This document shows positions 48,705 to 62,484 of a DNA stretch of 64,000 nt, one piece after another (position 1 is the stretch's first letter; every line of letters begins with the position of its first letter). The DNA is from Octopus vulgaris (Eukaryota). The notes beneath the pieces were generated by a model, which ran no database searches, had not been told where the DNA came from, and was given only the letters and a program-made list of their open reading frames with translations. The position numbers and the translations under genes are program-made. The DNA is taken from the NCBI GenBank assembly GCA_951406725.2, contig OX597839.1:17298001-17362000 (forward strand), given 5' to 3'.

Positions 48705-48900
48705 TAGTTAGAGTTAATCCAAACAAGAAAGCACAAAAAAACACAACAACGCGAGGACGTGGAACAAATATAGTATTATTGGACGCTCAGGAAAGAAGGA
48801 AAGAAGGAGGGTTTAACGTTTCAAGCGGAGCTCTTCGTCGGAAACATAGGAGAAGGGAAGACAGAGGAAAAAAAATCACCAACAGTACACACGAGGTCAC
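48705..48900 (-). mobile_element. Penelope-like terminal fragment
   Basis: CpG-rich island between microsatellites that contains a minimal hammerhead core. Confidence 0.55.
48811..48845 (-). ncRNA. Minimal type I hammerhead ribozyme-like motif (CCGACGA variant)
   Basis: GTTT-CCGACGA-A-GAGC[TCC]GCTT-GAAA-CGT-T/AAAC. Stem I is 4 bp, stem II is 4 bp, stem III is the palindrome ACGT and the triplet is GUU. Confidence 0.6.
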
Positions 48901-49149
48901 TTCATACATATGTATGTGTGTAGATACACAAGCATATATCTATCCAAAACAATTTTAACCCAATAGTTACACATGCTATTATCTATATCTATTCAACTAT
49001 CTCTTTTGCATTCATATATTAACAGTTTCCAGCTTAATTATAACAAAATATGAAACCCTTATTCTATGCTAATTTAGTTAGTTGTAAGATAGAAATTTAA
49101 ACGTAATAAAATGTTTTAAAAGAATTTTAAATGCCTACATGTTAAATGT

Positions 49150-49174
49150 AAACCTACTTTTGCGCCACCCTGTA
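49150..49174 (-). mobile_element. Solo Tc1/mariner-type TIR end
   Basis: Minus strand TA-CAGGGTGGCGCAAAAGTAGGTT adjacent to a TA/TG tract. Confidence 0.4.
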
Positions 49175-49297
49175 TATGTGTGTGCGTGTGTGTGTGTGTG
49201 TATATATGTATGTATATATCTTTTTACTTGTTTTATTCATTAGGCTGTGGACATGCTGGGGCATCACCTTGAAGAATTTTAGTTGAACGAATAAACC

Positions 49298-49380
<83 letters not shown>

Positions 49381-50406
49381 TACTGGGGATGTAAACACGC
49401 ATGCTTGTTGTCTGTATGTTTTACTTTTCAAAAGTACACTAAGCAACCGTCTGAATGTAGTGTTTATAAACTTGACACTAATAATACTAAAATACTAAAA
49501 CAGTAGTAGAAAAGAGCAAAGTATGATTGATGTAGTAATATTTATATTACACATTGGTTCACCTTTTAAAGAATTTTTAAAGTTTAAGTTTAAGTCGAGT
49601 CGTGATAGCAGTCTTCAATTCAAATCCTTATATTGGAAATGTTTTTTATCATTCTGTTTAACTCTTGCATATTTTCTGATTTGTTTGCAATCGTGTCTCT
49701 TTTTTTTAATCCTTTTTTTTTTTTTTTGTTACTACTGTTATATGTCTGAAAACATTCAATATTGGAGAGAGTGCTATTGAAGTTCCACTTTGTAAAACAT
49801 TGCGTTGGGCGTTATATGTTTATATACAGCGTAGAAATGTTTTAGTTTCTATGTACCGAGAAATTTTGTTATTTATTTTGGATTTATTTTATTTATTTAT
49901 TTATTTATTATTATATTTATTAGAGTTACATATGGCTCATTGAAATAAGAACATTATATTTGCTAGTTTTTAGCTATTGTTGTTGCTGTTGTATTGTTAT
50001 TGATGTTGTTGGTATGGTTGGCAGTGATTGTGGTGGAGAAAGGGGAAACCACTGAAGTGTTGTTCATAATATGCCATAGTTTGGTCAGTAAGAAAATTAC
50101 ACAGCTACATTGAGTCTCATGTTTTTATTTATCTTTATTTATTCTTGTTTATTCTAAAACTATTCTTCCTCAGTATTCTTTTGTTTGTAACTGTGATTGC
50201 TTCAGCCATTGGTTTGTAGCCATGCCAGGGCATCACCTTGTATGATTTAGCTGAATAAATTGAGCCCATTATTTAAGTCAGGTACTTATTGTATTGGTCT
50301 CATATACTGAACTATTAAGTTACTGACACATAAACAAAACATCACCAGGTGTGAATTAGAGAGGTGGGGGTGCTATGCACACACACACATGCACACACAC
50401 GCACAC

Positions 50407-50453
<47 letters not shown>

Positions 50454-50714
50454 TCCTGACTATCAAATTCACTTAAGACATTGATCAGCCCATGGCTAAA
50501 GTAGAAGGCACTTGTCCTAGGTTCTGTGCCCTGAAACTGAACCATGTCTGCACTTGTCTTGAAAATAGTGTATATGAATGTGTCCAACACCCTCTACTAG
50601 TCAGGTGATGTGTTTGATGGCATTTTCACTTTAGCAGTACGTTTATCCTTGCTCATTACAGGTGTTTGGTTCTAAAAGTAAAACACAGTGGTCAATGCAT
50701 TCTTTTATTTTTTT

Positions 50715-50937
50715 ATTATTTTACTTGCTTCAGTCATTTTAGTGCAGCCTTGCTGGAGCACCACCTTGAAGGATTTTAGTCAAACAAATCAACCCCAGGA
50801 CTTATGTTTTTTAAGCCTAGTACTTATTCTATCAGTCTCTTTTGCCAAACTGCTAAGTTATGGGGACATAAACACACCAATACCAGTTATCAAGCAGTGA
50901 TGGGAGAACAAACACAGACACAAAAGCACACACACAG

Positions 50938-50993
<56 letters not shown>

Positions 50994-51060
50994 CAGGCTT
51001 TTTTAAAACCATTTGGTTGGGAAGCAAGCTTCTTGCCACATAGCTACACCTGCACCTACA
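50715..51060 (-). mobile_element. SINE family A with internal deletion
   Basis: Tail, (CA)n and head tip are colinear with 16279-16730. Confidence 0.75.
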
Positions 51061-52109
51061 TATGAATAATAAAACATATGAAAAAACTAGGTTTTATTCT
51101 AAGCGCTGAAGTTGTCTTCCTAACTTACCCAAATAACATCTCCAAACAGATTTTAAAAACATATAATGATAAGCAGAATAGTATGGTTTTCGTGAAGCAT
51201 TGTCTGATATTGGTAAATGTTAAAAAAAAACCCAGTGAGTTGTAAGAAACAATACAAGTCAATGGTTTGTACATTTTTCTTGTATTTCAATATTTTGGAA
51301 TTAGGACTCTTTCTTCAGGCAATCTTAAGTATATTATTTTGGCTTTTTAATAACATATAATGATATTGTTACATGTTCAGAATAATATTTAGAGTAAAAA
51401 TTAATAACAGATCAGTGTTTAATAAAAAAAAATACACTGAAAAGTATAACAAGCAAAATATTTGACTGATTGCTGACCTGTATTATCACAGATCAATTTG
51501 TGATATGCACAGCATGTTATACAATTGAGCATACCATCTTATCGTGGGTCAGTGGTGAATAAATCAGTGATGAATGAGGACAGATGTATATACAGGGCTA
51601 GTGGTGGGTAACAATGATGACATTGGTGGAGAAAATGTAGCATTGAGGAGGATTTACTGCTTGGTCTGTTTGGCAGAATTTTGGAACTATGGAATACTGG
51701 GGCTAACTTACAGAAATCTTAGCCTGGTAGTGTTATTGAAAAGTACTAATGGTTCATGACAAACTCTGAAATATGTGCAGAGTGACAAAACCATAATGCA
51801 TGCACTCATGTAGTGTTCAAGCATTGCTGATTTGTAGTGTTATGCCAGACTGCTGCTTGTTGCATATAAAATGGATCTTGCTGTCAGTTGGTTGCATTGT
51901 GAAGATTGCTCTACTGCCTACCTTTAATAGGGCTGCCAGGTGTACAAAACAGCTTGTGTAGTAAATGATGCTGAAAGGAGTGAGAACAGACACCTTCCAC
52001 TACGTTCAAGTCCTCACATAATTGCTTGTGCCAGTGACAGCTATAATATTTGGAATTGATGGGTTCTTCTGTTGTAGATGACATATGAGGTTTCTGTAAA
52101 TTATTGTTA

Positions 52110-52365
52110 AACAACCTGCGCAGATGATTTGTTTATAGTGATCAAATGTTTGTAACTGTACATTAACTCACCATTACCACCATCAAATTGATACATTGCT
52201 TGCACAGTTGCATGGTATGTCACTTCTAAGATGTTGAAGTGATTGCAAAGTAACATGAACTGAAGTGTTTTGCTCAAGAACACAACAGTCTGCCTAGTCT
52301 GGTAATTGAAAACACAATCTCGCAATTGTGCGTGCAACACCATAACCACTTAGCCATGTGCCCTT
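52110..52365 (-). mobile_element. SINE family D with tail type 4
   Basis: Head GGCACATGGCTAAGTGGTTA and TGTGTTCTTGAGCAAAACACTTCA, then the tail shared with 28130-28360. Confidence 0.7.
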
Positions 52366-52959
52366 GGAATGAATGAGAAAATTTATGAATGAATAGCTGT
52401 AAAATTTAGTAATTTGTTGACTCAGTAATTGTTGTTTTCTATTGTTATCTTGTTTATCCAGTTTGATGTAGTTATTATTATAGATTTTGTGTGATTATTT
52501 GTGTATTTCAATGTATCTAAAAGCAGAAAAAATATACACTTTATGTATATTAACAAATGAAAAAACTGGTAATTAGTATGGAATTCAAGTTCAATTGAAA
52601 AGGAAAATGAGGTTGAAGAAGAAAGTATTCTGCTCCAGTGAATTTATCAAAAAGTAAGTGATTGTAGCAAAAATAGAGTAAATGAAACTACTCAAGACAT
52701 GTACCTGTAGTTCAGAGGAGAATGGAAGGGATGGAGGTATACATCGTTGTTGATCAGAGTGAAGTTGGATCTGTGAGATGGAGTTCCTTGATTGGTACTA
52801 ATTAGAGGCTCTACTCTATCAGGAGGACTGTATCACCCTTGTATTCATATATTTTGTATACTATGTATACCTTTCATCTCATTTTCCCTCTCAGTCACAA
52901 ATAAAAAATAATAATAGTAATAATAGCAGAAAAGGGCATGAACATGTGTGTGTGTATTC

Positions 52960-53270
52960 ATGTAGGTTAGTGGTTAGATTATTCGGTTCATGGTTATAAG
53001 GTCATGAGTTTGATTCTTGGTGGTGCATTCTGTCCTTGATCCAGACACTTTATTTCATGTTGTTTCAGTCCACTCAGCTGGCAAAATGAGTTGTACCTAT
53101 AATTCAAAGGGTCAGCCTTGTCATGCTATGCTGAATCTCTCTGAGAACTACATTAAGAATACTTGTGTCTGTGGAGTACTCAGCAACTTTACACATAAAT
53201 TTCATAAGCAGGCTGTTCCATTGGTCAAATCAACTAGAACCCTTGCTGTTGTAACTGACAGAGTGCCACT
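52960..53270 (+). mobile_element. SINE family D with tail type 2
   Basis: CAGTCCACTCAGCTGGCAAAATGAGTTGTACC followed by the tail shared with 25138-25330. Confidence 0.7.
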
Positions 53271-53313
53271 TTTTTTTTTATATGTGGGTGTGCATATATA
53301 CACACATCTATAT

Positions 53314-53560
53314 GGAGGCACATGGCTTAGTGGTTAGGGTGTCAGAATCATGATCGTAAGATTGTGGTTTTGATTCCTGGACCAGGCGATGTGTTGTGTT
53401 CTTGAGCAAAACACTTCATTTCACGTTGCTCCAGTCCACTCAACTGGCAAAAATTAGTAACGCTGCGATGGACTGGCCTCCCGTCCAGCTGGAGAACACA
53501 TATGCAATAGAAACCAGGAAACCGGGCCCATGAGCTTAGCTAGGCTTTAAACAGGTGCAT
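53314..53560 (+). mobile_element. SINE family D with tail type 3
   Basis: GGAGGCACATGGCTTAGTGG head, CORE-like TTCTTGAGCAAAACACTT...CCAGTCCACTCA body and CTGCGATGGACTGGC tail. Confidence 0.8.
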
Positions 53561-54386
53561 ATATTTTTTTATTATATGGATGGATAGATAAAAACATGCT
53601 AGTAAAAGATAAAGATAAAATAAGTTGGAGGCAAGTCAAAAAATGGTAAAGGGGAGAAAAAGCATAGAAAAGTAAAATAAAATGAAACCATGACAATTAT
53701 GAAGTGATAATAAATATAGCAAGTGGAAAGAAATTAAAAATCTATTATTTCAGATTTTATCTTTAATGAAAGAGGGCTATAAGATTTGAGAAAAAGAGGA
53801 AGTGAAGAAATAAGACCAACATAAACTTAATGTCTGTGTAACATTGCAGATATGTTCAAATAAGTTTGAAGTTACATAGTAGGATAATACACACATTCAT
53901 ATGTGCACACACACACATAACTATATATCTTGTATCTTGTTTCAGTCATTACATTGCACTTTAGTTGAATGAATGAACCCCAATACTTATATTCATTTTA
54001 AACACATTATTTATTCTATCAGTCTGTTTTGCCAAACCACTAAGTTATGGGGATGCAACCACACTAACTCCAGTCAAGTGGGAGTGGGGGATAAACAACA
54101 TCTCAAAGACACACACACATATATATGAAGAGATGGCGGCATGGATTTCCACCTCGGCATCTGAAACTCAGAGTTTTATCATGGCTACCAAATAATTGTC
54201 ACATATTACATTTACAGATAAATTCCTCTATTTACATAATATCGAGGTCTCTTTCTTTCTTTTGTTGTCTTACCATTTTTATCAATATATATATTAAGCA
54301 AAACATTTTAAGCTACAGTAATAATAAATAAAAAAAACATAAAAATAAGTGATTGTTTTATAGATATTTCAAAATTATGATGCTAT

Positions 54387-54416
54387 GTGTTTCCATTATT
54401 TTGTTCAACCCCTGTA
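54387..54416 (-). mobile_element. Tc1-like TIR end
   Basis: Minus strand TA-CAGGGGTTGAACAAAATAATGGAAACAC. Confidence 0.5.
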
Positions 54417-54420
54417 CATA

Positions 54421-54457
<37 letters not shown>

Positions 54458-55746
54458 CGAGGGGCGTTCAATAAGTAGTGCCCCTGACCCACTTCCCATA
54501 GCAGTAGAGCAACGAAACTTGGCACAGTTATTAGTCTTTTTCTACATAGGAACCACCCAGAGTTACACATTTCTCCCATTGCTTGATGCAGCTCTGGAGA
54601 CCGTTTTTGTAGAAGACCCCAGCTTGGTCCTCCAACCTGAACGTAACTTCAGAAATCAAGGCTGCATCATCTGGGAAACGCTTTCCTTTCAAAAACAACT
54701 TCATGACTGGGAAGAGGTGAAAATCAGAGGGTGCAAGGTCAGGAAAGTAGGGGGATGGGGGAGGAGTTCATAGCCATACGCCTGTGCTTCTGATCTGGCG
54801 ACAAGCGAGTTGTGGACCGGAGCGTTGTCCTGCAGGAGGAGATGCCTTTGCTGATCTTGCCCCGCCTCTTGATTTTGATAGCTTCTCTTAATTTCCTCAA
54901 AAGTGAAGCATAATAGGCTCCTGCAATTGTGGTACCCTTTGCCAGGAAATCTGTCATCACTACTCCGTCCTGGTCCCAGAAGACTGTGAGCATGACCTTG
55001 CCAGCGGAGGGCTGCACCCTTGCCTTCTTTGGAGGGGGTGAGTCACGGTGCTTCCACTGCATTGACTGGGCTTTGGTCTCTGGATCATCGTGATGGACCC
55101 AGGTTTCATCCTGTGTAATCAGTCTTTTGAAAACTTTTGACTCATCTTCTTGGCACATCTCCAAATTCACCCTCAAGCACTCGACGCGTTCTTGCTTCTG
55201 GAAAGGCATGAGCAACCTGGGAATCCATCTGGCAGACACCTTTTGCATATGCAAATGGTCATGAATGATAGTTTCCACAGACCCGGTACTAATCTTGACC
55301 TCATGGGCTATTTGGTGAATAATTATGCGTCGATCTTCCAAAATGGCAGCCTCAACTTGACGGACAGATGCCTCATCAATGGCAGAAGGGGCGACCAGAT
55401 CTGGGAGCTTTTTCCACAGAGTTCTGACCATGTTTGAATTCACGATACCAGCGTTTTACAAGGTCATATGATGGGGCATCATCATCATAAGTTACTTTCA
55501 TTTCATCAAAAGTCTCCCGTGGTGTGCGTCCTTTCAAATACAAAAACCGGATCACTGCTCGACACTCAACAGGCTCCATTTCACACTTGACTCGGTTCAA
55601 ACACCTGTAAATCAGAAACCACAATTAATTCAGAGCTGTAATTTGCCACTTACTCTATAGAGATATAAATGATTGCACATGCAAAATTTCAGCTAGATCA
55701 AACAACTGCAAGTGGGTCAGAGGCATTACTTATTGAACGTCCCTCG
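54458..55746 (-). mobile_element. Full-length mariner transposon (D,D34D; irritans-like TIR)
   Basis: 37-bp TIRs CGAGGG.CGTTCAATAAGTA.TGCC.CTGACCCACTT at 54458-54494 and 55710-55746 (3 mismatches), TA on both sides, 1289 bp long. Confidence 0.95.
54531..55579 (-). pseudogene. Mariner transposase pseudogene
   Basis: MEPVECRAVIRFLYLKG..., ARWIPRLL, TQDETWVHH, QDNAPVH, YFPDLAPSDFHLFP, ending GSYVEKD*. At least three frameshifts (about 55390, 54840, 54750). Confidence 0.92.
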
Positions 55747-57577
55747 TATATATATACACACACTTATTATGTTCATCACTTTTGCTGAACTGCTACATTA
55801 CATGAACTTAAACAAAGCAACACCAGTTGTCAAGTGATGGCAGAGATGAACATAAAGACACAATGACACAAGCATACAATGACATACACAAACACACACA
55901 CACATATTCAAAACCAGGGTGACACACAGTAGGCTGAACCCCAAACCATGTAGTTGCAAAGTGAGCTTCTTAACCACCACACAACCAGGCCTATGTGTGT
56001 GATTATATATAATCTCCCATCTCTCTCACCTTAGTTCTCTAGATACTGGTGTTTCCCATCATCTACACCCCCGCCCTTTTTCATCACTCCATTAACTTTT
56101 TACCTCAACCTGTTTACTTCCCCATCACATTCTTATGAAAGCATCCACTCTCTCCTTTGTTGATCCACTGTCTTTGTCTTATGCTCACCTAGTTCCTTGA
56201 GAATTTTCTCTAGCACTCCATCACTACCTTTTTCTTGTCTCTATAGCAAGTCACCTGTGTTTGTCTCTCTGTGATGCCTTTCAGCACCTGACATACAGCT
56301 ACCCACATCTACCTTCCCCTCTCAAATGCATCCTCATTTTAGAGGGACCGTGTCTTTTTTCTCTGTTCTCCTCTCTCTTGCAAGTTACATGGCAACCTTA
56401 CTCATGCCAGTGGCAGGAAAAAAAGAGCACTCAGTACACATTGTAAAGCAGTTGGCATTAGGAAGGACATCAAGCTGTAGAAGCCACACCAAAGATGACA
56501 TTGGGGCTTTCTGCAGCCGTGAGTCTTGTTGGTTTCCTGTCAAACGGTTCTACCTATACCAACATAGAAAGCAGACATTAAAAGATGATGATATATTTAA
56601 GAGGTTTCTGTATGTGTATATCCAATTCTTCTTCCACTCCTTTATTTTCATATAACAATCATTTGTCATTCACTGCTGCCTTACTTCAAGCTCTCTGTTT
56701 CACTTCCCCATATTCACTTTCATTTATCATGTGCTTGCCCCACTCTTTCTTGCTCCCCTTCTCTCCCCCTTCCTCTCTCTTCCAATATCGTTCCTTTTTT
56801 TTTACATTTTGTTCTCTCGCTATGTATTTCTCTCTCACTCTCCTTTTCTCTATCCCCTCTGTGTTTCCCTCAACATTAACAGTCTTCATAAAAAAAATCT
56901 TCCAGTATCTATCGATATCAACAGTACAATTTACTAATATAAAGAAAGCACAAGAAGCAATAGCGAAAAGAAAGGTAAAAGCAGGGTAAAGAAGAAAAAA
57001 TAAATAGTAAAAAGAATGAGGAAGAGGAAAACTGTACTCTCTTAGCTGGGCATTATCTATTTTTCTTTTTCTTTTTGTTTCCCTCTTTTCTCTCCCTGTA
57101 CATTCATCAGCTCTCCTTATCATTCTCTCTCAATACTTCCTGCTCCTCATAAAAATTTGCCAGGCTCTTCAGAGGTTTGAGATCAAAAGTTATTTAACTT
57201 AAATAAAAAAATATATATATATGTCACAAACAGCTCTATCTTTTTAGCTTGCTCTTCATTTACATTTTCATATGTTCTGTCACTCAAATTCTTTATGTCT
57301 TACATCTCTTGAAATCACATTATTTTTACAACTTCTCTTTAACTTATAGTCACAGTTCAGTACAAGACAATGATAGTATATATATATGTACGTGTGTGTG
57401 TGTGTGTGTATAGGATAAAGAAAGTCAGAGGCTGCTTGTGCCCTTTGACTTTCTCTATCCAAAGGCTTTTTTTTAACCAATATTTATTTGTTATTATTTA
57501 CAGCATTATTGCTTCAAGTTCCACTTGAAAAAAGTATTTTGCAAAATTTCTAGATTTTTATAGCAATATACATACGC

Positions 57578-57612
<35 letters not shown>

Positions 57613-58616
57613 TATAATATATATATATATATTATAATAATAATAATTTTAAATTCGGTTTACTCCTTTAGTGTGCTGTTTTATTCACGAGACTTGTGAT
57701 TTTCATTTTCTTTCTCTCATATTTTATGTGTGTGCGTGTACACATACACTTCATTGCATGTACTAATTATAATTATGGATTCGCAAGATACTTGAGACCA
57801 GTAAACAATAGTTCAACTCTGTATGGACCACTGTACTGACCAATTGAATCACCTGGAATACTTTCTCTTACAGTGATTTGTTTATCTATAAATATGTGGA
57901 GATGTTTCTAAGTTAATTCGTTGGAAGTAAACATTGCATTCCTCTCTACTAGGTATTTCTCTCTATATTTTCATTTGCAGTTTCCGATATTTACTTTTGG
58001 CAAATTTTTTCCATCTTTCCATCTTATTTGCTTTTATCTTTTGTTGCTCTTTTTTAATTAGTTCAGAATCCAGTGTGTAGGCTTTGGTATCCACCTATTG
58101 TCACTCAGCCTCAACAGTATATACCATCAATTTCATTTGCTACTAGACTCACACATCAGAGTCTGAGTTGTGTTAGCTTAGAGAGTGAACTCAAATGGCA
58201 TAAATCTGTAGTAAAAAAACTATTTGAGGATCAACTGATGAAATATGTATGATCAGTTACTCATTGTTATCAGATGTCATCTGCTCTCAGCAAATTCAGT
58301 ATCAAGGATATCCATTTAGATACTATCTCTGCCATTCTTACACATTTGCCATATGATAGTTTTGTCCAGTTCTTGATGTTATCAAACTAATTTGCCCTAG
58401 ATCTTTCCCTCAAGAATTTGCTATTAATCTTTCCTTCTAATGATAGTTTTGTATACCTTGCATTCTTACTTTGTGACCAAAATACTTTAGCTTCCTATTT
58501 TTCTAATAGCTTAGTGTAATGACCTTTTTGTATTGGCTAGTTGTAGCACTTCTTCATTTGTTTTATGTTTGGTCCTAGATAATCTTAACACAAGAGGAGA
58601 CACATGGGACAGAGAG

Positions 58617-58657
58617 TCACTGATGAGGTCACAGAAGGTGTGACGAAAGAACTATGA
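58617..58657 (+). ncRNA. Minimal hammerhead ribozyme-like motif
   Basis: TCA-CTGATGA-G-GTCACA[GAAGG]TGTGAC-GAAA-GAACT-A/TGA. Stem II is a perfect 6 bp, stem I is 3 bp and the triplet is CUA. Confidence 0.5.
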
Positions 58658-59094
58658 GAGATGTATGCACTAAAAATAAGATCAATGAAAACTGAAGTGA
58701 AGATGAATTAAATAGTGTGTTAAATTGGAAAAAAAAAAAATTAAAACAAATGACCATCTTCAAATATCACAATATCTGTTTCAACAAACATTTTTACATC
58801 AAGAATCTTGGAAAACAAATGCATAAACATAGAAATCTTAACATACTTCTCTGTGATAACAAGAAACTACATCATGTTGTAAGGATTTTTTGAGAGCTCA
58901 ATTTTTTTAAGAGTCAGTTTATGAAATTTAAGACCTCTCTCTAAAGTTTTTACAAAACAAATTCACCAAATTGGAAAGGGGAATTTTATTTATTCCTTCT
59001 TGTATACATAGAAAATTTTCCAATCAGTTAGAGCTAAACCTCTGATGACAGTAAACTTGTGTTTTCACATCTGTTATACTACTACTACTATTAC

Positions 59095-59129
<35 letters not shown>

Positions 59130-59175
59130 AGACCACATACTTTAATGCTTGTATATATTTATATATATAAATAAT

Positions 59176-59207
<32 letters not shown>

Positions 59208-59211
<4 letters not shown>

Positions 59212-59290
59212 GCATAAGGAAAAAAGTCAAGGTAGAAAATGCTAAAATTGTTTTAGCATTTTCTACCTTGGCTTTTTTCCTTATACATAT
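59208..59290. repeat. Near-perfect hairpin, 40-bp arms and 3-nt loop
   Basis: 59208-59247 against 59251-59290 shows two mismatches, with loop TTG. Confidence 0.95.
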
Positions 59291-59315
59291 CAACACTCGT
59301 GTTCCTTTTCAACCT

Positions 59316-59361
<46 letters not shown>

Positions 59362-60062
59362 GCAGATATCTTTCAGTTTCTGTCTACCCACCTTCACTCA
59401 ACAGTAGCTACACGGCAGGACTGAACTCAAAACCACACACAGACACACACACACACACACATATATATTTATATATATATATATATATATATATAAACAT
59501 TAAAAGTTGAACATTAACAATCAAACATAAAAATAATGATAACAAAACAACAAGAAGACGTAAAGAAAAGGAAAGTATTAGCTTGACACTCCATAACTGT
59601 GGAAAAAAGAGTGGATTTTGAATGTTCTGACCATATCTCTTTATCAGAAAGAAGAAAAGAAAAAGTCCAGAGAAGGTAAAAGTCCATGTACAGCATGTGT
59701 GTGGTTACATGGCTGAAGTGTATACCTTTGTCTTGACATCATGTAATGGTTGTAAATGAGCATCATCATCATATAAGAAATGTTGTTTGCTTCCAGTCTT
59801 CTGGAAAGAGCATATCTGTTCATAGGGAAATATTACCTTCCTTGGAAAGAGTTGAGGGTTGGCGAGAGAAAGAGCATCTAATGAATTCAGTCTGATCCAA
59901 GCAGGCATGAAAACTGAAAGTGAAATTATTATATATATGTATATATTATATGTATCTATATAAATAAGTGTATGTGTTTATATATATTCTTTATATGCAT
60001 AGTGATGTTCTTTATTTTATTGTACTTAGTAAATTTAAGTAGGAGTTATTTTACTCACATGT

Positions 60063-60205
<143 letters not shown>

Positions 60206-60766
60206 TACAGAGTCTAGCTCTGTTAACAATATGGCAAATTTTCATGATTTTGTTTTTTCTTTTTCTTTGTCATCTACTTGTAAAAATCTTTATTTGAGTT
60301 ATTTTCTCCCCATACTTATCTGAAATTTATTGTGTTTCAAATTCCTAAAAATATGAACTAACAATCTAGCTTATTTGCATGAATTTAAAACAAAAGAGAG
60401 CAAAATTTATAAAAATTGAAATTAAACACACACACACGTATATACATGCACACACACACACACATATATAGCACGTTTTTCAATTTTATGTGAATTGAAA
60501 ATATATTCTTTTTTTTCCAGTTTTTTTCTTCCATTTTTTTAGAAATTTTACTTAAATTCTTAAAAGGGTTCATTCAAATATGTATAAAAATACACTTATG
60601 CATTTTGCCAAAAGGAATTTTACACACACAAACACACACACACACACACACAAACCTCACAGAGCATTTTTACATTCATGCAAGCATGAATATGTGAAAC
60701 TGGTTTTACATCTAAAGCAAACTGCTGTTTTATAGATAGTTATTATTATTATTATTATTATTACTG

Positions 60767-60802
<36 letters not shown>

Positions 60803-61329
60803 TACTACTACTACTACAAAATTCTGTACTTATAAGAATTTATTTCCTCTCATATATATATATATATATATATGTATGTCTGTCTGTAATTTGGCATTAC
60901 TTATACTGCTATTTGTTACACGATGCCTTCTTTCCACTCATCCACCCACTCCCCCCACCAAAATATCTAGGGCATTGTGTCTCTGAAAGAAATCAATAAG
61001 TAAAGCTGCTACTCTGGTTGTGAGCCCCCTATTGTGAGATAGGTAAAGCTTCTTCTCACAAGACAAAAATTTGCAATTTTATTTCATTCTGTACTTTTAA
61101 GCCATTTCATTCCACTTGCAGAGCTAACGACTTTAGAATAGACATACTCTGTTGTTGTTCTTAGTTATTGGATAGCAACCAGTCTGGGGCACCAGATTTG
61201 AGTGCTTTCAGTTGATTGTATTGAACCCTGTACCTATTTCAGTCTGGTATTTATTTTATGGGCCTCTATTTGGCTAACGTGTAAGCTATAAGCTTTAAGT
61301 GACTCAAAATTAAAGAGAATATATATATA

Positions 61330-61377
<48 letters not shown>

Positions 61378-61379
61378 AT

Positions 61380-61694
61380 GTTGTGGGTGTTTACTAAATC
61401 AGCTGCTTGATATTGGAGGTTCATTGTATCTGTGCCCAGGGAAGCAAGGCATTCAGAGTATGGTAGATGCCTGATGGAGGGTATTTGTTTGGTTGCATGT
61501 CTCTAAACAGTTTCCAGGAGGTCAATGGCCTGAGCAAGATAGGGATTCCAGACTGGTGATGCAAATTCCATATATGGCCTTAACTATATAGCAGGAGAGC
61601 AACTGATAAAGGCCTTGCTGAGTGATACCAGCCTTCTTGACAAGTTTAGAGATGTGCTTTGTCCAGTGCAAATTGCTTCTGACAGTAATGCCCA
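61380..61694 (-). mobile_element. CR1-like LINE RT C-terminal remnant
   Basis: Minus strand reads GITVRSNLHWTKHISKLVKKA...RPYMEFASPVWNPYLAQAIDLLETV*RHATKQIPSIRHLPYSECL. Confidence 0.8.
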
Positions 61695-62484
61695 TATATG
61701 TGTTTGTCCCCTACCATTGCTTGGCAACTGGTGTTACAATCTCCTCTAAATGTGAGTAGCTATATAGCTTCTCTACAGCAAGAACCAGCCCTGCCCTGCA
61801 GTCTTCTCTCATACTTTACCCCTTAACTCCTAGTATAAAGCACTCTCCCTTCATGAGTTTCATAGTCTTACAAGCAACATGGTGAGGATTTCATTAGTGT
61901 TGATAACATGATAAAAACACACAGCATATGCTGTAAAGTGATTGGCATTAGGAAGGGCTTCCAGCTGTTGAAGCCATCCCATAGCAGATGCTGAAGCACA
62001 ATGGAATCTTTAAACCTATCAGATCTTGTCAAACTATTTAAGCCATGGCAGCATAGAAGATGGATATTAAATAATGATGATAAAATTGACTAAACCCTCT
62101 TCTACATGATGCTCCAGCATGACTGTAATCAAAAGGATAAATCCAAGCAAAAGTGAAACAAACAAGGAAAAATAGAGAAATGGAAAAATAAACATAATCA
62201 CTCCACTCTCTTTATTTAGATAACATAGATTCATGTTTGCAAACCATTTCTTTCACTTGTACTGTTTCATGTGGAATTTCTTTAAGTTTAAATTCTTCAA
62301 TGTTCTTAGAAAAATCTTTTTGTTTTATTATTTATATCAGGAATGTTATATAAAACAGCTTTGGTTAAAACGAATTCATTTTCTTTATTGTCTTTAAAAA
62401 AAATACACTTAACCCTTTTGATATGAATCTTGCTTGAATTTACTTCTAGTCTTTTGTTATTGCATCTACCATTTATAAATGTTC

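Noticed and set aside
56585-57123. 134-145 aa ORFs that look like membrane or charged proteins
   Set aside because: Pyrimidine/purine-skewed low-complexity DNA yields F/S/L or K/E/R runs without motifs.
57140-57180. CUGAAGA-GCC-U-GGC hammerhead-like motif on the minus strand (also CTGATGA at 2458, 17191, 34068, 59042)
   Set aside because: No GAAA/UH or pairing stems at the right spacing.
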